Shown piece by piece: positions 24,666 to 37,900 of a stretch of DNA of 64,000 nt. This stretch comes from Mustelus asterias (Eukaryota), in the NCBI RefSeq assembly GCF_964213995.1, contig NC_135809.1:38440001-38504000 (forward strand), in the 5' to 3' direction. The notes under the pieces are model-generated. The model had not been told where the DNA came from. It was given only the letters and a program-made list of their open reading frames with translations, and made no database searches. Both the position numbers and the translations under genes were made by a program. Position 1 is the stretch's first letter. Each line of letters starts with the position of its first letter.

Positions 24666-25819
24666 GCTTCATGCAGACATGAACCCACGTCTGATAAGAC
24701 TAATTGGCCAGGGTGGAATTGACCTTTTTCTGAGCAGGACATGCAGCTGCTCAAAATTCTTTCTGCTCCACAGACTGAGAGCCTATGGTAAATATTAATA
24801 GATTGGATTTGGTAGTTGTATCCTTATGGGTTGTTTGTGCATTTGTTCTGGGTTCCTGTTGGGTATTCAATGGGTTTTGTTGGTGTAAGCTTGTTGGGTA
24901 ATTGTGGCATATTCTGAGAAAGTCTGTGCTGGTGTATGACCTTAGTAGGATTAATATGTGCTGGTTCTGGAGACGTGTAGGTCTGTGCTGGACTGGTATC
25001 AGTATTGTGTGGGATCATATATGGGCTAGTGTAGGCAGATACGTACCAAATGGATTTGTATTGTAACTGGGCTATCGGGGGTATATTTGTATGGAGGTCC
25101 ATATCTTGTCTTTCTCCTGATTTTCCTTTGCCTTCCACAGTGGGAATAGATGGATATTTCAGGAGAGAAAACCTTCTGGGATAGGATAAACCAGGAGACA
25201 CCTTAAGGTAAATTCTTGCTTTTGTCTTAGAAATGTGTGATTACTGTTTGAGGAAACCAATTTCTCTTCTCTACAGTGCAGTACCTGGATGTTTTTCTTT
25301 ATTTGGTATTTCTATTGGTTGTTCGGTGAGGAGTGAGTAAATAAGGAAGAGTGTAAAATGACAATGGTTGGAAGGGTGGCACTTTTATTTTGAAAAGCCT
25401 TGGAGTTAGGCCATAGAGCTAGTGCCATCAACTCATTTGGCCTCAGGTCTCTAACCCCAGAATGAAGTAAATTAGTGCTGTTCAGAGGCACAGAGTCAGG
25501 ATCATTACAGGACAGGGTGATTTCTCCAGAGCTTACATAATCAGATCTCTGACTCGGTAAATGAATGTAGGATTTTAAATCCAGTTCTCTGCTGGATTTG
25601 TGGGGTGGAGGTGGCCATCATATGGAGTTGCACTCGTCAGTGAATGCCATTGGAGATATTGAATTAATGTATTTTCTTTAATGTGGTGAAATGTCTTTTG
25701 TTACATTGTATGTACTTTGAAATTTTTGTTGAAATGAACTGTGTTTGAGATTGCTACACTGGCGGTTAATCTCAGGCCACATCGACAATTAATAACACAA
25801 ACGTTGTGTATTTTGCAGC

Positions 25820-25949
25820 ATGAATGACATCAACCTGAGCTCTGTGGGGATGGATCAGCTGAGTGTTTCATCTGTTAGCAGCAGCTTACCTGTTACAGGA
25901 AGTCACTTAGGCATGGGTTCACCCACTCACAACCCTCTCCCAGCTCCAG
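25820..25949 (+). CDS. PRDM4: PRDM4 coding exon 1 ([14 protein letters not shown]...PLPAP)
   Basis: Acceptor ttttgcag|C-ATG, donor CAG|gtatga. Homologous to human MNEMNLSPVGMEQL. Confidence 0.9.
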
Positions 25950-28900
25950 GTATGAAAAGCTGATATAAACTGGAAGAGTTCAGTGTGCAATAACTGATAT
26001 TCCCTGTCACTGATCAGCCAGCGGACTGCATGTTCCTTACTGATCAATCACCCACCAAACTCGAGTGCCAGTTACACTTTTTATTTCCTTTGGATTATTA
26101 CTTCTTGCAAGTGTGTGTTTTCTCATTTATTTTTCTCATTGTATTTGCCTCATCGAATACATAATAACTCCTTGCTGTACACGCCAGCTCCAGACTGGAT
26201 CAACAGCATTCTAGAATATTAATATTATTTTCACTGAAGGTTTGTTTGCCTTTTTGAGCTTATATCATTCCATAGCAGACGTGGCCAAACCTTAAGCCCA
26301 CATACAATAATCTCCAGATATTCTAGAGCTGCAAGACACAGACAAACTTTACAGATACCATTTTTATTACTATTGCACACACTTATGTGAGGAAAGCTTC
26401 GGCTTTTCCCTCTCATATCTTCCAGGCTTCCTTCACACACAATTCAGATCATGGCAGAAGAAAATCTGCTTCATTGACACACTTCAGAGTTAGCATGTAC
26501 TCACTGATCAACTGACTCTGGTAATCTTGCTCTTCCAATGTGGAAAATCAGTCAGGAGATATTTTTAAAAGCATTTTACTTGATAAAATGTTGTAACCAC
26601 CTACAGAACAACAAATTCGAATCAGAGAACCTGTGTTCCAACACAGTAGATTCTTGCTTTCCTGTACTGTATTGAACTATTTCCTCAACTTTCCGGGCTG
26701 TAAGTTGAAGGGCTAGCAGCAAGAGGATGGGTTAGGGAGCTGCTAACATGACTGAGGGTCATACGATTCTACTTAAGGCCAACGGGAAACTATGAAATTC
26801 TTGCTAGGATGCTGGAACGAATTGTTGATCTTATAAAAAAAACTCCTCCCCCTCTCCTCCCAGTACCGCGGCCTACTCTGCGGTTCGCTCCTTCTATGAA
26901 GCTGTTGGCTGCTGAGGCTGCACCTGGCTGTTTACTTCCTGCTATTATGTGATTTAACGGGTTTGACAGGACAAGGAATGAGCTGCATTCTGTGTCAAAG
27001 AGCTGCTTAGGGCCACCCCTGTTTGATGGTCTGAAACCTATTCTCCAGTTTATAACCGTTTTGCCTGTAAAATCGTTGCGCCATAGGCACTCTCGTTAAT
27101 TTTATTTGCATTTGGCTTTTATTGAAGTCTCAACTGATGTTTCGTGATGCCTCAGGATGCTTCTTTCTCGCTAGATCTGAATACACAGTGCCTCAGTATT
27201 CCTTAGAGTTGGAGTGCAAATTTTACTAAGTGATTGTCTCTGAAACTCGGCTTTAGTGGGCCCAAAGAACTATATAAATGGAGACAGATATTTGTTCAAT
27301 TTGAAATTAACTCGCAAGGTGGCCCCATCATTCTTCCTCGTGGAATGTGCATCTTTGTCACAAATTGAAAGACCAACAACCTATCTAAAAAAAGGGAATG
27401 GGCCAAATGTCAATCATGTGCCTTGGAAACACATTTTTCAACAAAAGTTTTGGCAACAGGTCCTAGCTGCGCCAAAGTGGAGTTCATAGATTAGGATGTT
27501 ACTCCCTTGGCTCCATTTCAGCAACTTGTTGGGAAGCTCTAAGAGTTGCAAGCACTGATAAAGCTTGAGTTGCAAAATGGCCATGGAGAGTCACTTCAAA
27601 AAGACCATGATCCAAGGACAGGGTTTGTGGTTACTTCATGCTGTATAGGAATTTTGTATAGCATTGGTGTTGTGGGAGGGGCTTTCACGATATGTGGGAC
27701 CTGAGAACTGCTTAGTCAATTTAGTAAGAGTTTTAACAACACCAGGTTAAAGTCCAACAGGTTTATTTGGTAGCAAATCCACATCATGACTAGTCAATTT
27801 AGCCCAGAGACCAATAGGCGTGCAAACTAACAACTTTTTGCATTTATGTAACACCTTTAACATAATAAACATTTCAAGGCAAAATTTGACACTGAACCAC
27901 ATAAAGAGATATTAAATCAGATGGTCAAAGAGGTAGGTTTGAAAGAATGCCTTAAAGAAAGATGGAGAGGTTAAGGGGAGGAATTCCACAGTTAGGGCTT
28001 AGGGTGGGATACTCAAGAGGCTGATAGCTGATGAATTGAGATGGAGATTGAATTAACAAGATTGAGAAGTCACTCACTCGGCACAGAGGCTCTAGGGAAG
28101 AAAGCAGTGAAGCGATCTCGGTGAGAAATGTGCATGGCACTTGGTGGACAAGAAAGAATGAGGAGTTTAAATGAGAGGCAAAAAGAGTGGATCAAGGTGA
28201 GACACTTAAAGTATTAAAGGAGTAAGGAGAAAGTGGGAAGTGAATAACAAACTACATTTGAAGAAACGCAGAAAATTACCCCAGATGTCTGTAGATAATT
28301 TGATTTCCTCAGGTTCCACAATTTATGGAGTTTTGATGCATCGTAACCAGGATGTTTTGTCTGCTAAGTAATTTTAGTGCCAGGTAAATGCTGAAAGATT
28401 AATCCAATGCCTCACTGCTGTAAATACCATACCTGTATTGTGTGAAATCGTAATCAGGGTCACTGATATGCAATAACTGAACATGCCAAATTCATTTTTA
28501 TTTTTGTAACATAGGGTTTGGCAGTCTTACTGGCATTTAAGGATCTAATTCTTTGATTTCACCCTCCTTCCCACCAAAACCATAAATTGGCAGCCTTGAT
28601 GATAGTGTACTATCACAGACTGTGCATTTGCTATTCACAAGTATAGCGTTTTGTGATGTTATTGGAAGGGTTAGCAATTAGTCTGTGCTTATTCAAGCAA
28701 AACATGCTGCGCAGAAAGTTTGGAAAGCATTGATTATTTTTGTGCTTATTTTAATTCATTTCTTGGTGTTTAAACTGCAGGAATGCCAGTGGCAATACCG
28801 AATCTTAGTCCTTCCTTAGGCTCCCTCCCGTCAGCCCTCTCATTAATGCTTCCAATGAGCATTGGAGAACGTGGAGTAATGTGCAGCATTCCAGAGCGAA

Positions 28901-31900
28901 ATTATACCTTACCGCCTCCTCCATATTCACACTTGGAGAACAGCTACTTTCGGCACATTCTGCCAGGTAAGTAACGATCAGCAGCAGAAGGGAAACAATG
29001 TAGTGTTTGCTTTCTTCTAAACATCATGTCAGAAATATAGGGGGTGATTCTCAGAGAAGTGCTGAGTTGGCGGGAAAACTGTTCTAGATCACGACTGTTT
29101 TGTCAGTTTAGCTTCACACTCGAATCTCCCCACTTTGTGCAATGCAGAGGTCCCAATTGGGAATCTCATTAAAAACGCAGGGGGGTGGGGGGGCGGGGTG
29201 CCTATTCACGCCAGAATCTGAAAGCTCTGGAACTCTGCGCATGCGCAGTGGTCCCGATCTGTCAGTTCCCCCGTTTGTTGGCCAGCTCAATCGCTGGCCA
29301 GCCCGGGATCCCCGCAGTGCTGCCCCTCCAGCCCCCTCCCCCCCACTTTTCCCCAATAGTCCAATCGCGGCTCCCACAACAATTCCCGGGCCAGTCCTGA
29401 CCGCCCCTCCCCAACCCCTCTCCCAACTGTCCGAGAGCACCCAGATGTCCAGCCCATCCCCCACAGCAGTAACGATCCCCCCCTCACTCCGTCAGATCCC
29501 CCTCCACCCCCCCACCCCCCAGCCCACCCCAATCGCTGCCCTCCCTCCATCCCAGACCGATCCCCATGCAGAGTGGCAGCTGGACCCCCACCTCTAGCGC
29601 CCCCCCCCCCCCCCCCCCCCACAATAGGTCCCACCCCCTTGGCACTGCCCGATGTCCGGTGGGAAGTGCCAAGGTGCCCCTGGCCATGAGCAGTGCTGGG
29701 GGCACAGGCTGGCACTGCCAGGGTGCCCATGCCGAGGGGGCACGATCCCTCTGCTGCCTGACCCTCTGGGGGGCCCCAATTGCCCCCTCTTAATTCTGGC
29801 GGGGTCTCCCGCTGGTTCCCCGAATGTGGGGAGCTACTCTAAACCTCGCTGGAATGAAGTACTCCCGGCGACGCGCATCTCCCACCCCGACCCGCCAGAA
29901 AAGTTGTGGGTCAGGATGGGAGAATATTGTGTATTCCAACAACTGCCAGGCACACATGCTTCCCAGTCTATCAGTGCTGCTCCCCCATGTACCCCATGTC
30001 TGTTTCTTCTCGGTGCCTCTCCGCTGTCTGTCTCAATCCCTTGAATGACAGTCTCTGTTATTTCAAAAGTTTTTTTAAAAAGTTTATTTATTAGTCACAA
30101 GTAGGCTTACATTAACACTGCAATGAAGTTAATGTGAAAATCACCTAGTCGCCACAGTGGGTACACTGTGGGAGAATTTAGCATGGCCAATGCACCTAAC
30201 CTGCGCGTCTTTCGGACTGTGGGAGGAAACCGGAGCACCTGGAGGAAACCCACGCAGACACGGGGAGAATATGCAGACTCTACAAAAGCAGTGACCCAAG
30301 CCGGGAATCGAATCCAAGTCCCTGGCGCTGTGATGCAGCAGTGCTAACCACTGTGACACTGTGCTGTCCTCTGTTAGCCTTCCATCTCTCTTTATTGCTG
30401 TCTTCACATTCCCTTCATGTGTCTGTGATGCTTCCTTCATGTTCCCGTCATGTGTCCATTCTGCCTCCAAGTTCCCATCCTGTGTCTGTGCTGCCTCCAC
30501 GTTCCCGTCCTATGTCCGTGCTGCCTCCATATTCCCGTCTTGTGTCCGTGCTGCCTCCATATTCCCGTCTTGTGTCCGTGCTGCCTCCATATTCCCGTCT
30601 TGTGTCCGTGCTGCCTCCATATTCCCGTCTTGTGTCCGTGCTGCCCCCTCTGCACTGCTGTTGTTTGACACTTTTAGAGAGTACATTCCAACTCTTTTCC
30701 CTTTCAGATGGGTGACTGAATTGCTGACCTGCCGTTCATTTTCACCTGTAATTCCAATACTTTGGACTAGTTTTTCCTTCTCACCATGTTGTTTATGGAA
30801 TCAAATGTGTTCTGAGTAAACTTTTCAGTAGCTACAGCCCTTTTTATTACTGTCAATGATAGTTACCACTTTGTTTTCAATTCCTAACCTCTAAGCAAAA
30901 CACAATTCCTCCAATGGAAAGATAAACAGACTATTTGTTCCTGTGCCTCATTATTGGTCACTGTGAGGGCTGTGACAGCAGTCTGGCAGGATCTCCAATC
31001 CTGTAGGGGAGGCCTGGACTCCACAGTTCACACCTTTATGATGGTAGCGCTGAGACTGAGAACACGCTGTCCAGAAACAGTCTGTTATATCTTTGAACAC
31101 CATGAAATCTATAACAAGTTGGGTCACTGGTCTTTTTTTTATTATGCGTAATGTTATTTCCAACAGATATATTTGATTTTTTAAGTATTCTTCAAAACAC
31201 TTGCATAACTTTCGGGCAGGTGAACAACAAAAAATTCAAATCCTTTTCCACTTTGCATATTCACATCCCCAGGTGAAAAATTCTGTTTCTGCCCAGGAAA
31301 TGCAGTTCTTTCTCCCCATTCCACTCTTTTTATTCCTTCTTGTACCGCACATCGATAAGGAAGAGTCATGATTTGATGTGAAGTAAAGGTAATCTTTCTT
31401 GATTTACATTTGTTATTTCCTGCAGGTATTTTGTCTTACTTGGCTGACAGACCACCTCCCCAGTACATCCATTCCAGTGCTATCAGCGTGGACGGCAGCC
31501 CTGCACTGCCGGTATCTGGCAACCAGCCGACCCTTGACCATTATGAACCGAGTGGTGCAGTGGGCTTGGAGTCCAGCATCGTCTCCATAGACTCGAGACA
31601 AGTAGGCACCCACGACTCCCAAAGTCTGCATCAGAGCAACAACCAGGAGGTCCCATTGGATGCTAACATCTCCATGGAAACGGTTTCTCGAGTAAATAGT
31701 CCCATCTCTACGGAAGGGATGGGTGAAGATTTGACCTTGAATGGCGTCACAGGTGAGCCACAAGCATTGCCCTCTGGCTCCAGAAACCACGAAACAATAA
31801 CTGTGGACTCGGTGGGAAATAATTTGGAGGCAGAGGCAGTAGTAGGGCAGAACACAGTGATTCCAATTCATGCCAATGCAATAGAGTTGCCAGTTGTCAT

Positions 31901-34900
31901 GGAACCAGAACCAATGACTGGTCGAGTAAGCAACCTGCCAGAGAATACTCTGAGTGACTCCATCCATGCTGCTGCAATGAACTCGAACCCAGTAGGAGTG
32001 GCACTTTCTTCCTCGCACTCATTGCCTTCACTTGAGCCAGTCTCGCTTCATGGGTCCAGCGTGGGACTGGACACTGTCTCCGTTTCAACCATTACAACAG
32101 AGGTTTCCATGGGTACCAATCGGGTGGATGGGTCCTCAGAAAACCTTTCATTTGTATCAGGATCTCTGCAGATGGAGGACTCCAGCTCTAACAAAGAGAA
32201 TCTCACAGATTCCTTTACGATCTGTAAGTAGCAATTTTTGTTAACATTAGTATTTGAAGAATAAAATCTGTATTCACTTTTGAATCCTGGACACAAGAAT
32301 ACCTCTCATTTTTAAACTACAGCAGCCTGGCTGATGTACTAAAGCAGCTTGTGTCAGCCATTTTCTAATGTCAGCATCCTCTGGTGGTGTCAATTTTGTT
32401 AATATTGGGAATGGAACACTATTTTCCTTTTTACAGATGGTGTTCACATCCAGTATCTCCAAGGTGAGGGACACCATGGATATAGATGCATGTCCAAACA
32501 CGGTACCTTTTAATTCCTGACCCAGAAGAGTATTCCCTTGTATAACATTTAATCTTTTAGCTTCAATTAATCAGAGTCAACTTGTCTTTTTTGAATTTAA
32601 ACAAAAGCCGTCTTCTTGGCCTCTCAATCGTCATGCTAATTTGCGTTGAATTATGAAGGATGTATTGTCAGGTTGAAATTGTCCAAACATTTACCCTTAA
32701 GGAGTGGATATTCTCACCTTATTATTCTCTGCTGGATTCCAACGTCACTCACACAGGCAACAGGGATATTGTTGAACCCACTGCACCAGTCGTCATATTT
32801 TCATTGTAATATAAATGGTGACTGAAATTGCACATTGCATTTCTGTTTGATATCTTTTAATCTAGTAGTTACATTGGTGGGGTTGATCCTTTAATGGTTT
32901 GTTTTGTTTCAACTTCAGGAAATCTGATATCTGTCAGTTTATATAGCTAGTTCTCAATAAGTGTCCCAGACTAGTAACTCATACAACGGGGACATGGGTA
33001 CCACGACTATGACAATCCTGCTTTAAATTTGGATATGTTTCATCAATAGCAGCAAATATTTTCAAATAATACTTAAACTGCTTTTACATTACAATCTGGG
33101 TCTTAGTAGACTGCGCTAAGTACAACATTCTCCTGCAGGCTTTAGACCATAAGGCATAGGAGCAGAATTAGGCCACTTAGCCCATCGAGTCTGCTCTGCC
33201 ATTCATTCATGCTGATATTTTTCTCATCCCCATTCTCCTGCCTTTTCCCCATAACCCCTGATCCCCTTATTAATCAAGAATCTATCTATCTTTGTCTTAA
33301 AGACACTCAATGACTTGGTCTCCACAACCTTCTGCGGCAAAGAGTTCCACAGATTCACCACTCTCTGGCTGAAGAAATTCCTCCTCATTTCTGTTTTAAA
33401 GTATTGTCTCTTTAGCCTGAGGTTGTGTCCTCTGGTTCTAGTTTTTCCTCCTGGAAAATTTTGTAAATTCTGTAAATTGACCATGTTGTGGAGTTTGCCA
33501 TCCTGCTGAAGTGCAGGTCGGGTGACATTTTGACCACCATCAGGGAGCAGCCTATTTAATGACCCGAGGCAGCCAGAAAAACTTTGTTTAATAAGTTGAT
33601 CTTTGTGGCCTTAAAAAAAAAATGTCTGGTCCATTTATCTTTGATGGCTACCAGCTGTACAAGACCTGGGAGCTGGCAGCTGAGGACTAACATAAAAGCA
33701 GCTTTAACTGTCACTGATAAAAATATACCACTGTTGATATTGAAGTTTTGTTTTTCCCTGTTCTTCAGGGTGTACTCTGTGTGACCGGGCTTATCCTGCT
33801 GACTGTCCTGAGCACGGAGCTGTAACTTTCATTCCAGACACACCGGTCAGCAGCCGAGCCAGACTGTCGATCCCGAGACAGCTAAGCCTCAGGCAGTCCG
33901 TCACGGGAGAAGATGTTGGTATGCAGGAAGTTTCATCTCATTATATGTTCTGCCTATTTATAAAAGGAAGTTGTCACCTTAAGGATTCTTTTGAGAACCT
34001 TCTGGAATTTCTGGAATAGCCGAGATTGAAAATTAATTGCATTGGCTGCTATGGAACAAACTAAACTGTAGCAGATGACCTTTTTTTTATGGTTATAGTC
34101 TTTGTAATGTTTTTGTCCATCTGCTTATTTTAGGGAGTATATTTTAATTTTAATGGAGATTTATAGACATCCTCCATAAAGCATAATTTTAAAATGTATT
34201 TTCTTTAGCCACATTCGACTTGCCCCAAATCTACTTATCCTCTTTTCAGACTCCAAACGTCTCTTCCAATTCCAGCTGGTTTGCGCTTCCATCCAAATCA
34301 CCCAAATCCAACTGCTCCTTACCTCCACCCTGCCCCATACTCGGGTAATCTGTGCTTTCCCCTGCGCCCATTAACCATCTTGGTGCCTCCTCCGAGCTCT
34401 GCATTCCTCTCACCCAGCCAACCTGCACCTCGCCCCAGCAGCAGCAGACAAATCTAGTGGCACCATTAATAATGTTTGGTCACTCGGATTGCCTCAGAGC
34501 ACTGAGTGCGTCTGTTTACTGAGACTGCCCCAGCTTCACTGGCTCTGATGTCTGACAGGTGTATGGAGTCAAGAAACAATTCCTGTACGCACCTGTTTTG
34601 GACCTCTGATTGGAGAAGAGATTAACTTGTTGGAAGTCGCCGATTGGTCAAACAAAAGCAACACTAATATCTGGAAGGTTAGTGTGACAGAAATATACTG
34701 TAAAACCAAACCTTGTACTTAATGTTTTGTGATAGTATCTTAATACAGTAATACTAAAAGACAGAAAAGTGGAGGGTCACTGACACAGTATTGTCTGATA
34801 TGTTAGCCTCTGCCAATAAATAGCTAATTGGGAATGCAGGTGTAACCAATTGACTTTATGAATAGTAAACATTGGGCGGCAGAGTAGTTAACACTGTGCC

Positions 34901-37900
34901 TCACAGCGCCTGGGACCCAGGTTTAATTCTCGGCTTGGGTCACTGTCTGTGCGGAGTCTGCACATTCTCCTCGTGTGGGTTTCCTCCGGGTGCTCCAGTT
35001 TCCTCCCACAGTCTGAAAGACATGCTGGTTAGATACATTGGCCATGCTAAATTCTCCCTCAGTGTACCCGAACAGGCGCCGGAGTGTGGCAACTAGGGGA
35101 TTTTCACAGTAACTTAATTGCAATGTTAATGTAAACCTACCTGTGACACTAATGAATAACTTTAAACTTTAGAAAAATAAATAATAGATACTGTAGCTGG
35201 CATGTGACTTCAATACTCATATAAACAAGGCATATGCTATATCTTACATACTTGGTGAATTAGCTAGGAAAGAGGGTCAGAGAGATCAGGCGTGCTAGTT
35301 GACCCATCATTGATATGCCGACTCATTGCAGAGCAGTGATTAACAAAGCAAACAGAATGCTAAATCTGTTGTCAGATTAGCAGAATGTAAATCTGCAAAA
35401 GTTATCTTGAAGCTGCATTGTGTTCCTGTCAGACCAACTGTGTAAGCACTGCATTCATTTCATGAATGGAGGTATGTGGAAACAAAAGGGCCACAAAGCC
35501 TATCCCAGAGGACAGACATGTGTGGAAAGATTTGAACAATTTTGACCCTTCCTCTTTGAAAGGAAATGAGAATGGGCCGTATGGAGGTGCTTAAGATAAT
35601 AAACGGAATAGGAAAGGTTAACCCAAAGCACTACTTCAAGTTATGGTACAGAGACAAGGGCACTTTGTTAAATCAGACCACAAGGCTGTGCTCCTGCTCC
35701 CAGCTTACAAGCAAAAACTGAATAGGGAGAATCAGATAAAGAAAGTCAAAGTCATGCAATGTTGGTCTGAGGAATCGGATGATCTCCTATGGGACTGCTT
35801 TGAGTCAATAGACTGGTCAATATTTAAAAACTCAGTGACCAACCTGAATGAGTACGCCACTACAGTAACAGGCTTCATTAGTAAGTGCATACGAGACTGT
35901 GTGCCAAAGAAGCAAATCCAGTTTCCCAACCAGAAACCATGGCTGAACAGGGATAGCCATTGCTTGCTGAAGTCCAGGTCTGAGGCTTTCAAGTCAGGCG
36001 ACACTGACCTATACAAGAAATCCAGATACGATCTATGGAGAACCACCTAAGATGCAGAGACAGTACCGGACCAAGCTAGAGTTCAAGGCTAGCCACATGG
36101 ACTCTCACCGACTAGGGCAAAGTCTGCAAAATATAACAGGCTACAAGATGAAGGCATGTAGATCGCCAGCACCAATGTACCCCTCCCCAGTGAGCTCAAC
36201 ACATTCTAGGCCTGTTTTGAGCAAGACGTCAGCGAGAGCACGCCTTCCGCCTCAGAAGCCTCAATCGAACCGGTATCCAAGGTCACCATCGCAATGTCAG
36301 ATCGGCCTTCTCGAAAGCCAACCCATGGAAAGCGACTGGCCTGGATAGGGTACCTGGACGAGCACTCATGGTCCAGCTGGTGGGGGTATTCACAGACATC
36401 TTTAACCTCTCCTTACACTGACCTGAGGTCCTTACTTCCTTCAAGAAGATGACCATCATCCCGGTCCCAACAAAAAGCCAGGCAGGTGCCTTAATGTCTA
36501 TTGTCTGGTGTCCATCATTATGAAGTGCTTTGAAAAGTTATTCGTGGCACAGATTAATTTTGGCCTCCCAGATTGCCAGGATCCACTACAGTTTGCCTAT
36601 TGCCACAACAGGTTTACAGCATTTGCCATCACCCTGGCCCTATACTCAACCCTGGAACACCTGAATAACAAAGACATTTAGGTCAGACTCCTATTTATTG
36701 ACTACAGCTCAGCCTTCAACACCATTATTCCTACAAAACTTATCTCCAAACTCTGTGGCCTAGGGCTCGGCTCCTCTGTCTGTGACTGGATCCTAGACTT
36801 CCTAATCTGAAGACTGCAATCAGTAAGGATGGCAACAACACCTCCACGATTATCCTTAATATTTCAGTTGTGGCCTAACCTGAGCTTTATACTGGTTCAA
36901 TCTAACTTCCCTGCTTTTGTACTCAGTACATCTATTTATGAAGACCACCTTATCTCTTCTGCCAAAATTTATCACCCAATTTCTCTGTATTAAATTCTGC
37001 CCGTCACTTGTCTGCCCATTCTGCTAGTCTATCTATGTCTTCTTGCAGCCCCTAAGCATTCTATCCAATGGTGTAATTTTCTTTGTTTTTTAATCTAGAT
37101 ATTTCACAATTATGTTTTGGAGTTCCTAATAGTAACAGCAGATGAGAACATCTGTAACTGGATGATGTTTGTACACAGAGCTAGGTGAGTCAATTTCTGT
37201 AATGTCCTAACTATGTAAGGGTTTGGGTTTTTGCACAAAAAGAAACGTGGTTTGCACACGTAGAAACAACTAACAACAACAGATTTATTGAAGAGCTGCT
37301 CTCTGCACTGCACTGAGTACCAAAACTGAAAGTAAAACAGGAGTCTGTGGCAACACCCTAATGACATCACCAACAAATCATGTGATCAGGTCTTAACGCA
37401 ACCGTCCACCCATTTAAATACATAACAGTTTCCACTAGATGTATGGAATGTGGGGAAGCGAGCAATACGGATCACACAAATGGTAAAATACTGATTGAAA
37501 GGCTACAACATGCTTACGTAGAGCCCATGAATTTGACAATTCCTACTCATCCCAGTGTACGATTCTCAACCCAAAGCCATGCAAATCTGGTATAAAAACA
37601 TGTTGCATTTTTTTAAAAATAGTGTCTCTGGATGTTCTGGGCAAACGTTCTCCAACTTGACACCTGGGTGCACGAACACAAGAAAGCAATGTGATAATCT
37701 GCTTTTAATCATGTTAATTGATGAATAAATATTGGCTAGGGTACTAGAGATAACTCCGGGCTCTTTTTTGAAGCAGTCTGTGGGGATCTTTTTTTACATC
37801 CACCCAAACAGGCAAGTGAGGCCTCGGTTTAACGTCTTGTCCAAAAAATGGCCTCCCCAATGGTGCAGCACTCCCTCGGTAATGCACTGGAGTGACATCC

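Noticed and set aside
23994-24798. Cluster of overlapping Cys/Pro/Ala-rich ORFs
   Set aside because: Artefact of a 30-bp GC-rich tandem repeat, with no domain signal.
29114-30094. Pro/Gly-rich ORFs on both strands
   Set aside because: Low-complexity C-rich interior of a non-autonomous element.
30341-30819. Repetitive ORFs or a CRISPR-like array
   Set aside because: Head-to-tail 30-bp units with no unique spacers and no cas genes, in a eukaryotic context.
31413-32018. 201-aa antisense ORF over the large PRDM4 exon
   Set aside because: Shadow ORF with no recognisable motif or splice support.
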